37,986 nucleotides of DNA from a bacterium (GCA_040756235.1 JBFLZG010000005.1:1-37986), one strand, 5' to 3'; numbered from the stretch's first letter, positions 7,587 to 16,827 are shown. The notes: generated by a model not told the origin, from the letters alone. Translations and numbers: made by a program.

Positions 7587-10109
7587 TTAACGCTTGGCTG
7601 GGTTCTGGGTGCCGCGGCAAGAGTGAAGGACAGTTTGGATCTGATCCGATCCCGCCGCGATGTGGGTCACGCGGTCCTGTTCGTCGGCGAGAACGAGGAC
7701 GGGGAGCTCGATCTGGCCGTCCTGGTCCCGCCCGATCTTCTGCCTGGCCTGGCGGTAGTATCGGCCGAAGAGGCCGTGCCCTGCCGGCTGGGAGAGGCTT
7801 ATTGTCTGGAAGGGGACTCCCCACGCGGCCAGATGACTCTTCACCTCATCGCATTTCGGGCAAGCAGGTCGGATGAAGAGCTTCCAGCGTCGGGAGGCGC
7901 CGACAGGTTGGGGATTCCCCTGTCCGACGGTCTGGTTGGTCGGCTTTTCACGGGCCGTCGGGGCGGGACGCCCGAGTGGAAGGTCCGGGAGGAATTCCCT
8001 GCGCTGCCGGAACTCTTCGGCTTTTCCCTTGTTCCAGTTTCTCACCGGCCGGTAATAGCCGACTATCCGGGCATAGACCTCGGTCTCCTTGCCGCACTCG
8101 GGGCAGCGCGGTTGCCTGCCCTTGAGGTACCCGTGGTCGGTGCAGACGGAGAACGTGGGCGAGATCGTGTAGTAGGGGATCGCGAAGTTGTCGGCGATGG
8201 CCTTAACGAGCTTCTTGCATGTCTCCACGTTTGTGGGGCTCTCGCCGAGGAAACAGTGGAACACGGTCCCGCCGGTATATTTCCTCTGGAGTTCCTCCTG
8301 GTGGTTGAGGGCCTGGAAGAGGTCCGTCGTGTACTCGACTGGGAGCTGGGTGGAGTTCGTGTAGAAGGGTTCGAGCACTCCAGCGGCCAGGATTTTCGGG
8401 TAGCGCTCGAGGTCCAACTTGGCCAGCCGGTAAGAAGTGGATTCAGCAGGCGTGGCCTCCAGGTTGTAGAGGTTCCCGGTCGATTCCTGGTACTGGATGA
8501 GCCGCTCGCGCATGAAATCGAGCGTGGAGAGCGCGAAGGCTCTCCCTTCATCATCCGCGATATCCTTCGCGAGGAAGTTCAGACAGCACTCGTTCATGCC
8601 CACGAGCCCCACGGTGGAGAAGTGGTTCTCCCAGGTACCGAGGTACCGCTTGGAGTAGGGGAAGAGATCGTCCTGCATGAGCTTGGTGATCACGCGCCGC
8701 TTGATCTCGAGGGAATCCCTGGCGAGGTCCATCACGCGTCCGAGCCGGTCCCGAAATTCGTCGGTGCTATGGGACAGGTAGCCAAGCCGAGGCAGATTTA
8801 CCGTGACGACCCCGATCGATCCCGTCATCTCGCCCGCGCCGAAGAGCCCCCCTCCTTTCTTCCTGAGCTCCCTCCTGTCGAGCTGAAGCCTGCAGCACAT
8901 GGAGCGGACGTCCCCGGGCTTGAGATCGCTCCTGATGAAGTTCTGAAAGTACGGGGTCCCATACTTGGCGGTCATCCGGAAGAGGAGCTCCGCGTTCTCG
9001 CTCTCCCAGTCGAACTCGGGGGTCACGTTGTAGGTGGGAATAGGGTAGGGGAAGCCCCGTCCCTCGGCGTCCCCCTCCATCATGACCTCGAGAAATGCTC
9101 GGTTCACGAGGTCCATCTCCCTCTGGTACTCCCCGTACCGGCTCTCCTGGGGCTCGCCACCGATGAGGACGGGCTGGTCTGCCAGGTCCTCGGGCACCAC
9201 CCAGTCGAATGTCACGTTCGTGAAGGGCGCCTGGGAGCCCCACCGGCTCGGGGTGTTGATGCCGAAGACGAAGCTCTGGATCTGCTGCTTCACTTCCCGG
9301 TAGCTTAAGCCGTCGTGCCGGACGAAGGGGGCCAGGTACGTGTCGAAACTGGAAAAGGCCTGGGCGCCAGCCCACTCGTTCTGGAGGACGCCGATGAAAT
9401 TGACCATCTGTGCTATGAGCGTGCTCATGTGCCGGGGCGGCTTGGAGCTGATCCTGTTGGGGACCCCGCCGAGCCCGAACTGGAGAAGTTGCCTCAGGCT
9501 CCACCCGGCGCAGTATCCGGAGAACATCCCCAGGTCGTGGATGTGCATGTCCCCGTTGCGATGCGCGCCGGCAATTTCGGGGCTGTAAATGGAGTTCAGC
9601 CAGTAATTGGCGGTGACTGCGCCGGAGTTGTGGAGGATGAGGCCCCCCAGGGAATAGTTGACGTTGCTGTTCTCTCGAACGCGCCAGTCCGACTGCTCCA
9701 GGTACCCCGCCATGATTCGCTGGATATCGTTGAGAAGGCTCTTGCTCTCGCGCAGTCGGCTGTGCTGGTCGCGGTAGAGGATGTACGCCTTGGCCGCCCT
9801 GGCGTGGTTTCTGGCGATGAGCACTTCCTCGACGATGTCCTGGATCTGCTCGACTCCGGGAATGACCGTGGGGTGAAAGCGCTCCCGGAGGTGCCGGCAA
9901 ACTTGATCGGAGCAGCGCTCGGCCTCGCCCTGGTCGGGCGCCTCCACGGCAACCATGGCCTTGGAGATCGCCTGCGTGATTCTCTCCTGGTCGAAGGGGA
10001 CGCGGGTTCCGTCGCGCTTGCGGATGGTCCGGTGCCCATCGCCCCCGAGGGCTACTGACTCGATCGGGTCCGGATTCGCATTCTCCATTTCTGTCGTGAT
10101 TTCCTGCAT
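7587..10109 (-). CDS. nrdD: Anaerobic (class III) ribonucleoside-triphosphate reductase with ATP cone and C-terminal glutaredoxin-like domain
   Basis: ATP cone (IRKRDG...VEQIQDIVE...AKAYILYR), HIHDL, YCAGWSL, SMCCRL, EATPAES, Zn site CTDH/CPEC, glycyl radical RIVGYYRP, then a linker and LFIRPACPKCDEVK. Confidence 0.95.
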   Translation of the reverse strand: MQEITTEMENANPDPIESVALGGDGHRTIRKRDGTRVPFDQERITQAISKAMVAVEAPDQGEAERCSDQVCRHLRERFHPTVIPGVEQIQDIVEEVLIARNHARAAKAYILYRDQHSRLRESKSLLNDIQRIMAGYLEQSDWRVRENSNVNYSLGGLILHNSGAVTANYWLNSIYSPEIAGAHRNGDMHIHDLGMFSGYCAGWSLRQLLQFGLGGVPNRISSKPPRHMSTLIAQMVNFIGVLQNEWAGAQAFSSFDTYLAPFVRHDGLSYREVKQQIQSFVFGINTPSRWGSQAPFTNVTFDWVVPEDLADQPVLIGGEPQESRYGEYQREMDLVNRAFLEVMMEGDAEGRGFPYPIPTYNVTPEFDWESENAELLFRMTAKYGTPYFQNFIRSDLKPGDVRSMCCRLQLDRRELRKKGGGLFGAGEMTGSIGVVTVNLPRLGYLSHSTDEFRDRLGRVMDLARDSLEIKRRVITKLMQDDLFPYSKRYLGTWENHFSTVGLVGMNECCLNFLAKDIADDEGRAFALSTLDFMRERLIQYQESTGNLYNLEATPAESTSYRLAKLDLERYPKILAAGVLEPFYTNSTQLPVEYTTDLFQALNHQEELQRKYTGGTVFHCFLGESPTNVETCKKLVKAIADNFAIPYYTISPTFSVCTDHGYLKGRQPRCPECGKETEVYARIVGYYRPVRNWNKGKAEEFRQRREFLPDLPLGRPAPTAREKPTNQTVGQGNPQPVGASRRWKLFIRPACPKCDEVKSHLAAWGVPFQTISLSQPAGHGLFGRYYRQARQKIGRDQDGQIELPVLVLADEQDRVTHIAAGSDQIQTVLHSCRGTQNPAKR

Positions 10110-10159
10110 TGTTGTGGGCTCCTCGGAACACGTGAGTAACGGTGCTGTGGCGTGGTTTG

Positions 10160-10175
10160 TGCAACGGATATGCCA
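10160..10175 (-). promoter_or_regulatory. Sigma-54 (-24/-12) promoter upstream of nrdD
   Basis: Minus strand TGGCATATCCGTTGCA, exact GG-N10-GC spacing, ~50 bp before the ATG. Confidence 0.6.
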
Positions 10176-10292
10176 TGAACGGCAATCTTTCTTGGCCTCC
10201 TGCCCGGAGGCGAGGCCAAGAAAAATGAGCTGCTCCCTGGGCGAACCACGCCGCTCGAATTATGCAGCCACGTGGGAGACGCACTGGCAGTC

Positions 10293-10329
10293 AAGGGTGC
10301 TTGCACCCTTCTTGTCTCCGTGCACCCTT
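10293..10329. promoter_or_regulatory. Candidate enhancer-binding-protein site (UAS)
   Basis: Palindrome AAGGGTGC-TT-GCACCCTT plus a second TGCACCCTT at 10321-10329, ~120-155 bp upstream of the sigma-54 motif. Confidence 0.4.
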
Positions 10330-10612
10330 TTCTATCAAGCGAGCGAGATGGGCAGAATCAATAAGGGGAGTTCAGCGGAGCGAGATCGGGGACAGTAGGG
10401 GAGAAATCGAGTTCCATAGCATCGCGCCAGTAAAGCGGTAATGCGCCGAATTCTACAAACTGCGCCAACTCAAATGAACCTGTACCCCACCTCTTCATCG
10501 AGTACGGACCAGGTGACCCGATCGAGGCAACCGGGATATCTGCGCCTCCTGCAGCGCCGTGGAAGAGAGCCATTAGAAACCGGCCAGGATATTCCGCCTT
10601 GTCGGGAGCGAC

Positions 10613-11863
10613 CTATCTCGTAAAAGTATTAATTTTTTCTGCCTTGCGCCTGGCCTTCTTGGACTTCCTGAAGGGAATGACCTCGCCACCCTGCTTGAGG
10701 CCGTCCAGGTAGTCGGCCCAGGCCTGCATCATTTTGCGGCGCTCGGGCAGGTACTCGGCATAGTTGTAGGCCGCCCGGACGGGGTTCCGCTCGGCGTGGG
10801 CGAGTTGGCGCTCGATCGCGTCCTTGTGCCATCCCTGCTCATTCAGGATCGTTGAAGCCATGCTGCGGAAGCCGTGGCCGGTCATCTCCTCTTTCTCGAA
10901 CCCCATGCGCCGGAGGGCCGCCAGGATCGCGTTGTCGCTCATCGGCCTGGAGTCCGTTCTCGCGCTCGGAAAGAGATAGCGACCGCGACCGGTGAGCGGG
11001 TGGAGCTGCTTGAGGACCTCCACGGCCTGAGTCGAAAGCGGGACGATATGGAGGGCCCGAGCCTTCATTCTCCCGGCCGGGATCCGCCACTCGCCCGCCT
11101 CAAGATTGACCTCGCCCCACTCGGCCTTCCGGAGTTCCCCGGGCCGCACGAAGGTCAGTGGGGCGAGCTTCAGCGCGCATCGAGTGATGAGGGAACCCTG
11201 GTAGCTGTCGATCGCACGCAGGAGGCCCCCGATCGCCTTGGGATCTGTGATCGAGGCCAAGTGCTTCTTCCTGACCGGGGAGAGCGCCCCCTTGAGGTCC
11301 GCGGAGGGGTCCCTCTCGGCTCGGCCGGTCCTCACCGCGTAGCGGAAGACCTGCCCGCAGAGCTGCGCGGTCCTGTGGGCGGTCTCGAGCACGCCCAGGG
11401 CCTCGATCCGCCGGAGAACGGAGAGGAGCTCCGGAGGGGTGACCTCCCGGACGGGTCGAGCGCCGATCCAGGGGAAGGCGTGGAGCTCGAGCCTCCGGAT
11501 GACCGTGTCGGGGTCCGCCCAGGTTGGGGAGAACTTCTCAAACCACTCCCTGGCCACGGCTTCGAAGGAGTTGGCGCCGGCCGCGGCCTTGGCCGCCTTC
11601 TCGGCCTTCCGCGCCGCGCTCGGGTCGGCCCCCGCGGCCAGGAGCTTCCGGGCTTCGTCGCGCCGGGCCCGGGCCTTCTTGAGTCCGACATCGGGGTAGA
11701 CCCCCAGGGAGATGAGCTTCTCCTTGCCGTCGAAGCGGTACTTCAGGCGCCACCACTTCCCGCCGGACGGGGCGACCTCCAGGTACATCCCCCGCTCGTC
11801 GGCGAGCTTGTAGGGCTTCTCGCGGGGCTTGGCGTTCTTGATCGTTGCGTCTGAGAGCGCCAC
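10613..11863 (-). CDS. P4-like tyrosine integrase with arm-binding domain
   Basis: GTG start after AAAGGAG; KPYKLADERGMYLEV, WRLKYRFDGKEK, VRPGEL, HGFR, QLAH, AYNYAEY; adjacent to tRNA 3' end. Confidence 0.95.
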   Translation of the reverse strand: MALSDATIKNAKPREKPYKLADERGMYLEVAPSGGKWWRLKYRFDGKEKLISLGVYPDVGLKKARARRDEARKLLAAGADPSAARKAEKAAKAAAGANSFEAVAREWFEKFSPTWADPDTVIRRLELHAFPWIGARPVREVTPPELLSVLRRIEALGVLETAHRTAQLCGQVFRYAVRTGRAERDPSADLKGALSPVRKKHLASITDPKAIGGLLRAIDSYQGSLITRCALKLAPLTFVRPGELRKAEWGEVNLEAGEWRIPAGRMKARALHIVPLSTQAVEVLKQLHPLTGRGRYLFPSARTDSRPMSDNAILAALRRMGFEKEEMTGHGFRSMASTILNEQGWHKDAIERQLAHAERNPVRAAYNYAEYLPERRKMMQAWADYLDGLKQGGEVIPFRKSKKARRKAEKINTFTR

Positions 11864-11930
11864 GGGGTAGGCTCCTTTGTGGGTAGGCACTCCCAACCGT
11901 CCCTTTCGGCTCACCCGAATCTGGGCATCC

Positions 11931-11998
11931 TGGGGGTAACCGAATCGTTCCGGCCGGATCTACCCGCAAACCTACCCCCATGTTACCCCCGATGTCAA
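11931..11998 (-). promoter_or_regulatory. Integrase promoter overlapped by arm-type GGGGGTA repeats
   Basis: TTGACA (11998..11993)-18-TAGGTT; three direct G(G/C)GGGTA repeats at 11961-11990 and one inverted at 11931-11938. Confidence 0.6.
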
Positions 11999-12023
11999 GA
12001 GATTCGTTCAGACACCTTCAGAC

Positions 12024-12068
12024 AAAAAAATAGCCAGAATCCCTGTTTTCTTTAGGTATTCTGGCTGT
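12024..12068 (-). terminator. Intrinsic terminator after tRNA-Ala
   Basis: Minus strand AGCCAGAAT...ATTCTGGCT stem followed by ATTTTTTT. Confidence 0.65.
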
Positions 12069-12093
12069 CCTCAGATGCCTACAGATCTCAAAA

Positions 12094-12169
12094 TGGTGGA
12101 GCTGATGGGAGTCGAACCCACGACCTCATGAATGCCATTCATGCGCTCTCCCAACTGAGCTACAGCCCC
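12094..12169 (-). tRNA. tRNA-Ala (GGC)
   Basis: 76 nt GGGGCTGTAGCTCAGTTGGGAGAGCGCATGAATGGCATTCATGAGGTCGTGGGTTCGACTCCCATCAGCTCCACCA; G3:U70 pair, encoded CCA. Confidence 0.98.
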
Positions 12170-12180
12170 GCAGGCCCATC

Positions 12181-12209
12181 AGATTAGGGGAGAACCGGTT
12201 CTTTGTCAA
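12181..12209 (-). promoter_or_regulatory. Sigma-70 promoter of tRNA-Ala
   Basis: TTGACA-17-TAATCT just upstream of the tRNA. Confidence 0.75.
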
Positions 12210-12372
12210 CGTGAGCCCCGCCATCTTCGTGCCGAAGCGTGGTGCGTTGGATTCGACCGGAGCGTCGTGTTATCGTTCGCATCCTTCCCGAGCCGGATCA
12301 GGGACGACAGGACGGGCCGGCAGTCGATCGAAGGCGCTGAAGACGGATCTGAGAGAGCAGGAGGATTCCCGC

Positions 12373-13512
12373 ATGACGTGGAGCTATTTCGACGAGTCCC
12401 ACAACATCCTGCGTCAGTCCGTGCGGAAGTTCGTCGAGCGGGAGGTTCTTCCCCACATCGAGAAGTGGGAAGACCAGGAGGAATTCCCCCGGGCGCTGTA
12501 CAGGAAGGCCGCGGATGCCGGCCTCTTGAGTCTGGGGTATCCTGAGGAATTCGGCGGAACGCCCGCGGACGTCTTCCACGTGATCGCCTTCACGGAGGAA
12601 TTCCTCCGAGGCGGATCGGTTGGTCTGGTTGCGGGCATCGGTTCGCACGGGATCGCGCTGCCACCGATCCTGGCTCTGGGAACCGAAGAACAGAAAAGGA
12701 GATTCATCCCGCCGGTCCTGGCAGGGGAGAAGATCGCGGCCTTGGGGATCACCGAGCCGGACGCCGGATCCGACGTGGCCGGCATTCGGACACGGGCCGT
12801 TCGCGATGGGGACTCCTACATCGTGAACGGCGCCAAGACGTTCATCACCAGCGGGTGCCGCGCCGACATCTTGACCACGGCGGTCCGCACCGGCGCAGAG
12901 GGCTACAAGGGCGTGAGCCTCCTGGTGATCGAAACCGGTACGCCCGGCTTCCACGTTGCCAAGAAGATCCGCAAGATGGGCTGGAATGCGTCGGATACCG
13001 GCGAGCTCGTGTTTCAGGACTGCCGTGTGAGCCGCGCCAATCTCCTGGGAGAGGAGGGCATGGGCTTTTACGGCATCATGGAGAACTTCCAGAGAGAGAG
13101 GCTGAGCCTTGCGGTCATGGCGCATCAGGTCGCCCAGATCGCGCTTGAGGAGAGCATCAGATATGCTCAGACGCGCCAGGCCTTCGGCAAACCCTTGACC
13201 GGTTTTCAGGTGACACGACACAAGCTCGTGGACATGGCGACGAAAGTCGCCGTTGCCCGTGAGTTCAACTACCGGGTTGCGGCCAGGATGCAGGCAGGGG
13301 AGAACGTGGTCACCGAGGTATCCATGGCAAAGAACTTCGCGTGCGAGGTCTGCGACCAGGTGGTTTACCATGCGGTCCAGATCCACGGCGGCTATGGATA
13401 CGCCCGCGAGTATCTGGTGGAGCGCCTCTATCGGGATTCTCGCATCCTCAGCATCGGGGGCGGGACGACCGAGATCATGAAAGAGATCATCTCGAAAACT
13501 CTGAAGCTCTGA
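12373..13512 (+). CDS. Acyl-CoA dehydrogenase
   Basis: GITEPDAGSD, VNGAKTFITSG, QIHGGYGY, YRDSRILSIGGGTTEIMKEII; RBS GGAGG before ATG 12373. Confidence 0.95.
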   Translation: MTWSYFDESHNILRQSVRKFVEREVLPHIEKWEDQEEFPRALYRKAADAGLLSLGYPEEFGGTPADVFHVIAFTEEFLRGGSVGLVAGIGSHGIALPPILALGTEEQKRRFIPPVLAGEKIAALGITEPDAGSDVAGIRTRAVRDGDSYIVNGAKTFITSGCRADILTTAVRTGAEGYKGVSLLVIETGTPGFHVAKKIRKMGWNASDTGELVFQDCRVSRANLLGEEGMGFYGIMENFQRERLSLAVMAHQVAQIALEESIRYAQTRQAFGKPLTGFQVTRHKLVDMATKVAVAREFNYRVAARMQAGENVVTEVSMAKNFACEVCDQVVYHAVQIHGGYGYAREYLVERLYRDSRILSIGGGTTEIMKEIISKTLKL

Positions 13513-13524
13513 TCCAGGTCACCT

Positions 13525-14157
13525 TTACCCTCCCTCCCCAGGCAGCCCCCAGCGATCCGGACCCAGGAACAGAGGCAGCTCGGCGGCGCAGATCGGTCCC
13601 GCTTCGACCGGGCAGCAAATTCTCTGCCAGAGATCCTCACAGAGAGGCGCGGCCAGTCCCGGGAGCATGATGCTGGCCCTCGCAGCCAAGCGGGGCAGCT
13701 CCGCGCGCACGAAGGCTTGATGTATCCGATCGGCCGTGAGCACCCGATGGACGAGCGCCATATCCACGGTGTGTCCCAGGGTATCGACTACGAGGTACCA
13801 GAAGGGGCTTACGGTCCTCGCCAGAACGCTCGACAGGACCTCGACCGTCAGGGTGGAATTGCCCGAAACCAGGACCGGAGAATCGGGCCCTGGTCCGTTG
13901 AGCGGGAAAAGCCCGGCAGGCCCGGGACTCGGGAGCTGCAGGACTTCGACCCGGGGCAGGATCTCCCCGGGCCTCGCCGCCCACGTAAGGGCAAGAAAGC
14001 GCTGGCGGTCCATGCGGCAGCTTCGTCCCGACAACTCGCCGGACTTGAGCTTTGAGAGGAACTCCGCACGGGTGCCGAATCCGCAGGAACGGCAGTCCTC
14101 CCCGGTTACATAGGAGTCTACGGAGACGCGATCTTCATAGAGGTCGGCGTACAGCAC
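13525..14157 (-). CDS. Small CdhD/AcsC-family (corrinoid Fe-S protein-like) protein
   Basis: DCRSCG...C Fe-S-like N-terminus; SPVLVSGN.LT, LVVDT.G, MLPGLAA, AGPICAAELPLFL as in the AcsC/HgcA corrinoid-binding domain. Confidence 0.7.
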   Translation of the reverse strand: MLYADLYEDRVSVDSYVTGEDCRSCGFGTRAEFLSKLKSGELSGRSCRMDRQRFLALTWAARPGEILPRVEVLQLPSPGPAGLFPLNGPGPDSPVLVSGNSTLTVEVLSSVLARTVSPFWYLVVDTLGHTVDMALVHRVLTADRIHQAFVRAELPRLAARASIMLPGLAAPLCEDLWQRICCPVEAGPICAAELPLFLGPDRWGLPGEGG

Positions 14158-14385
14158 CTTGGCCTCGCGTGGTTTCGCCGCCGCCCCTCGTGCAACTCGC
14201 CGGACCCTGCCCAGGCACGGTCTGCGTCGAATGCGGGATGCATGAGGCGTGCGGCCCTCAAGGATGGGGGTCGGCACGGCAGGTTCGCAGAGGCTGCAGG
14301 ACGGGCGGCCCGGAACGGCCCGTCCTGTGCGCCGCATGACAAGAGAGCAGAGCCGCTTGGGAGCCGAAGGATCTCGCCGTCCAGG

Positions 14386-15843
14386 CTACTGGCCCTGGGG
14401 CGCAGGCGCGGGGGCGCTCTGGAGACCGAAGTGCCTGATGACGTCGAGAGCGGCCTTCCTCCCTGCTCCCATGGCGAGGATGACGGTGGCGGCTCCGGTC
14501 ACGATGTCCCCGCCTGCCCAGATCCCTGCCCGTGAAGTCAGTCCGCTCTCCGCGTCCGCAATGATGTTGCCCCACCGGTTCACTTTGAGGTCCTGGGTGG
14601 TGCTGGGCACCAGCGGGTTGGAGCGGTTGCCGATGGCCACGATCGCGGTATCGATCTCGACCTCATAGATGTCGCCTTCGATCGGAATGGGGCGCCGCCG
14701 GCCGGATGCATCCGGCTCGCCCAGGCGCATGCGGTTGCACCGGACCGCCTTCACCCATCCCGCTTCGTTCCCGAGGAATTCGAGAGGGGAGTTCAGGAAC
14801 TGGAACTTCACCCCTTCCTCCTTGGCGTGATGGACTTCCTCGATCCGGGCGGGCATCTCGGCTTCCGTCCTCCGGTAGAGTACGATCACCTCGTCCGCGC
14901 CCAGCCGGAGAGCCGTACGGGCGGAGTCCATGGCCACGTTCCCGCCTCCGAAAACGGCCACTCTCTTGCCCTTGGCGATCGGCGTGTCGTATTCCGGATA
15001 GCGGTAGGCCTTCATCAGGTTGCTGCGGGTCAAGTACTCGTTCGCACTGTAGACGCCGCAGAAGTTCTCACCCGGGATGTTCAGGAAGATCGGAGCGCCT
15101 GCGCCGGTCCCGATGAAGGCGCCGTCGTACCCGTCTTTCAGGAGCTGATCGATCGTGGCGATCTTCCCGACGACGAAGTTGGTCTTGAAAGCTACGCCCA
15201 GCTTGCGGAGATAGTCCACTTCGGCCCGGACGATGTCCTTGGGAAGCCGAAACTCTGGAATTCCGTAGACGAGCACCCCGCCGGTCTCGTGCAGGGCTTC
15301 GTAAACCGTGACCGCGACCCCCTTCTTGATCAGCTCGCCGGCCACCGTGAGCCCCGCCGGGCCCGATCCGATCACCGCAAACCGCAGGCCCGTGGACGCC
15401 GGGATCTCCGGATACTGGACGTTCCCGCTCTTGCGCTCATAATCGGCCACGAATCGCTCGAGCCTGCCGATGGCGCAGGGCTCTGCCTTCTTGCCCAGCA
15501 CGCACCGTTCCTCGCACTGGGTTTCCTGCGGGCAGACCCGGCCCGCGATGGCGGGCAGGGAGTTCCGTTCCTTCACGATCCGGGCCGCCGCCAGAAAATT
15601 GCCCTGCCGGATCTCGGAGATGAACTTGGGAATTTCGATCTCGACCGGACACCCTTCCATGCAATGAGGCTTCTTGCACTGGAGGCATCTTCCGGCCTCC
15701 CGCAGGGCAAGCTCTTCCGTGTAGCCCAGGGCTACCTCGTAGAAATTGTGCGCCCGCTCCTGCGGATCCTGCTCCCTCATGGGCTGCCGGGGGACGGAAG
15801 GTTTCTTGGGGGTCTTTTTCTCGGGGGGATTCTTCTCGCTCAT
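14386..15843 (-). CDS. sudA: NADH-dependent reduced ferredoxin:NADP+ oxidoreductase large subunit (SudA/GltD-like)
   Basis: RCLQCKKPHCMEGCPV, GRVCPQETQCE, GSGPAG, YGIPEFRLPK, GGGNVAMD, AGGDIVTGAATVILAMGAG. Confidence 0.92.
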   Translation of the reverse strand: MSEKNPPEKKTPKKPSVPRQPMREQDPQERAHNFYEVALGYTEELALREAGRCLQCKKPHCMEGCPVEIEIPKFISEIRQGNFLAAARIVKERNSLPAIAGRVCPQETQCEERCVLGKKAEPCAIGRLERFVADYERKSGNVQYPEIPASTGLRFAVIGSGPAGLTVAGELIKKGVAVTVYEALHETGGVLVYGIPEFRLPKDIVRAEVDYLRKLGVAFKTNFVVGKIATIDQLLKDGYDGAFIGTGAGAPIFLNIPGENFCGVYSANEYLTRSNLMKAYRYPEYDTPIAKGKRVAVFGGGNVAMDSARTALRLGADEVIVLYRRTEAEMPARIEEVHHAKEEGVKFQFLNSPLEFLGNEAGWVKAVRCNRMRLGEPDASGRRRPIPIEGDIYEVEIDTAIVAIGNRSNPLVPSTTQDLKVNRWGNIIADAESGLTSRAGIWAGGDIVTGAATVILAMGAGRKAALDVIRHFGLQSAPAPAPQGQ

Positions 15844-15851
15844 CGCGTTCC

Positions 15852-16697
15852 TCACTCTTCTGGCGTGACTCCACCGGACTGCTTGAACTGTTCGAGGCTG
15901 ATGAGCTCCTGTCCTTTGTACATGGCCAGTCGCTTCATGAGCAGATCGAAATTGACCTCGTGGCCGTCAAACTCCGGTCCGTCCACGCAGGCATAGCGGG
16001 TCTCCCCCTTGATTTCGCAGCGGCAGGCGCCGCACATGCCGGTGCCGTCCACCATGATGGGGTTGAGGCTCACGATCGTCTTGACCCCGTAAGGGCGCGT
16101 CAGGTTGCAGAGAGCCTTCATCATGGGCACCGGCCCCACCCCGAGGACCCGGTCGACCTGCCGCTTCTCGTCCAGCATGCGCTTCAGCTCCTGCGTGACG
16201 AACCCGTGGATCCCGTAAGACCCGTCGTCGGTGCAGACCACCAGCTCGTGGCTGATGGCTCCCATTTCTTCTTCGAGAACGAGCAGCTCCTTGGTACGGG
16301 CGCCGATGATGCTGACGACGTGGTTCCCGGCCTCCCGGAACGCCTTGGTGATCGGATAGAGCAGCGGAATGCCGATGCCGCCGCCGATCGATACGGTCGT
16401 ACCGAAGTTCTCGATCTCGGTGGGCGCGCCCAGAGGGCCGACGAGATCGTGCAAGGCGTCGCCGACCGGCAGTCGGGCGAGGTGATAGGTGGTCTTGCCC
16501 ACTTCCTGGAAGATGAGGGTGATCGTACCCGCAGCGGGATCCTTGTCCGCCACCGTCAAGGGGATCCTCTCGCCGAGCTCGTGGATCCGCAGGATCACGA
16601 ACTGCCCCGGCCGGTGGGCGCGGGCGATCTCGGGGGCCTGGATGCGGATGAGGACCACTCCGGGTGCCAACCTCTTTCGATCCAAGATCTGATACAT
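15852..16697 (-). CDS. sudB: Nfn/Sud small subunit (FAD/NAD, 2Fe-2S)
   Basis: PGQFVILR, ERIPLT, GPLG, GGGIG, MVDGTGMCGACR, ACVDGPEFDGH. Confidence 0.92.
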   Translation of the reverse strand: MYQILDRKRLAPGVVLIRIQAPEIARAHRPGQFVILRIHELGERIPLTVADKDPAAGTITLIFQEVGKTTYHLARLPVGDALHDLVGPLGAPTEIENFGTTVSIGGGIGIPLLYPITKAFREAGNHVVSIIGARTKELLVLEEEMGAISHELVVCTDDGSYGIHGFVTQELKRMLDEKRQVDRVLGVGPVPMMKALCNLTRPYGVKTIVSLNPIMVDGTGMCGACRCEIKGETRYACVDGPEFDGHEVNFDLLMKRLAMYKGQELISLEQFKQSGGVTPEE

Positions 16698-16798
16698 GTT
16701 GTGCCTCGAATTCCCTACCCGGTCAGACTTGGCGAGCCTTCGGGTGCGAGGTTGAGAAGTGAGGGTGAACCGCCGTCCAAGAGCAACGCGAAGGGCGA

Positions 16799-16827
16799 AT
16801 TATATTACAGCGGTCCTCCCTTTTCAA
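16799..16827 (-). promoter_or_regulatory. Sigma-70 promoter of sudBA
   Basis: TTGAAA-17-TATAAT on the minus strand. Confidence 0.7.

Noticed and set aside
10358..10573. 71-aa ORF between integrase and nrdD
   Set aside because: No RBS or recognisable motif; atypical composition.
13525..14157. hgcA mercury methylase
   Set aside because: Lacks the NVWCAAGK motif, the C-terminal TM helices and an adjacent hgcB.
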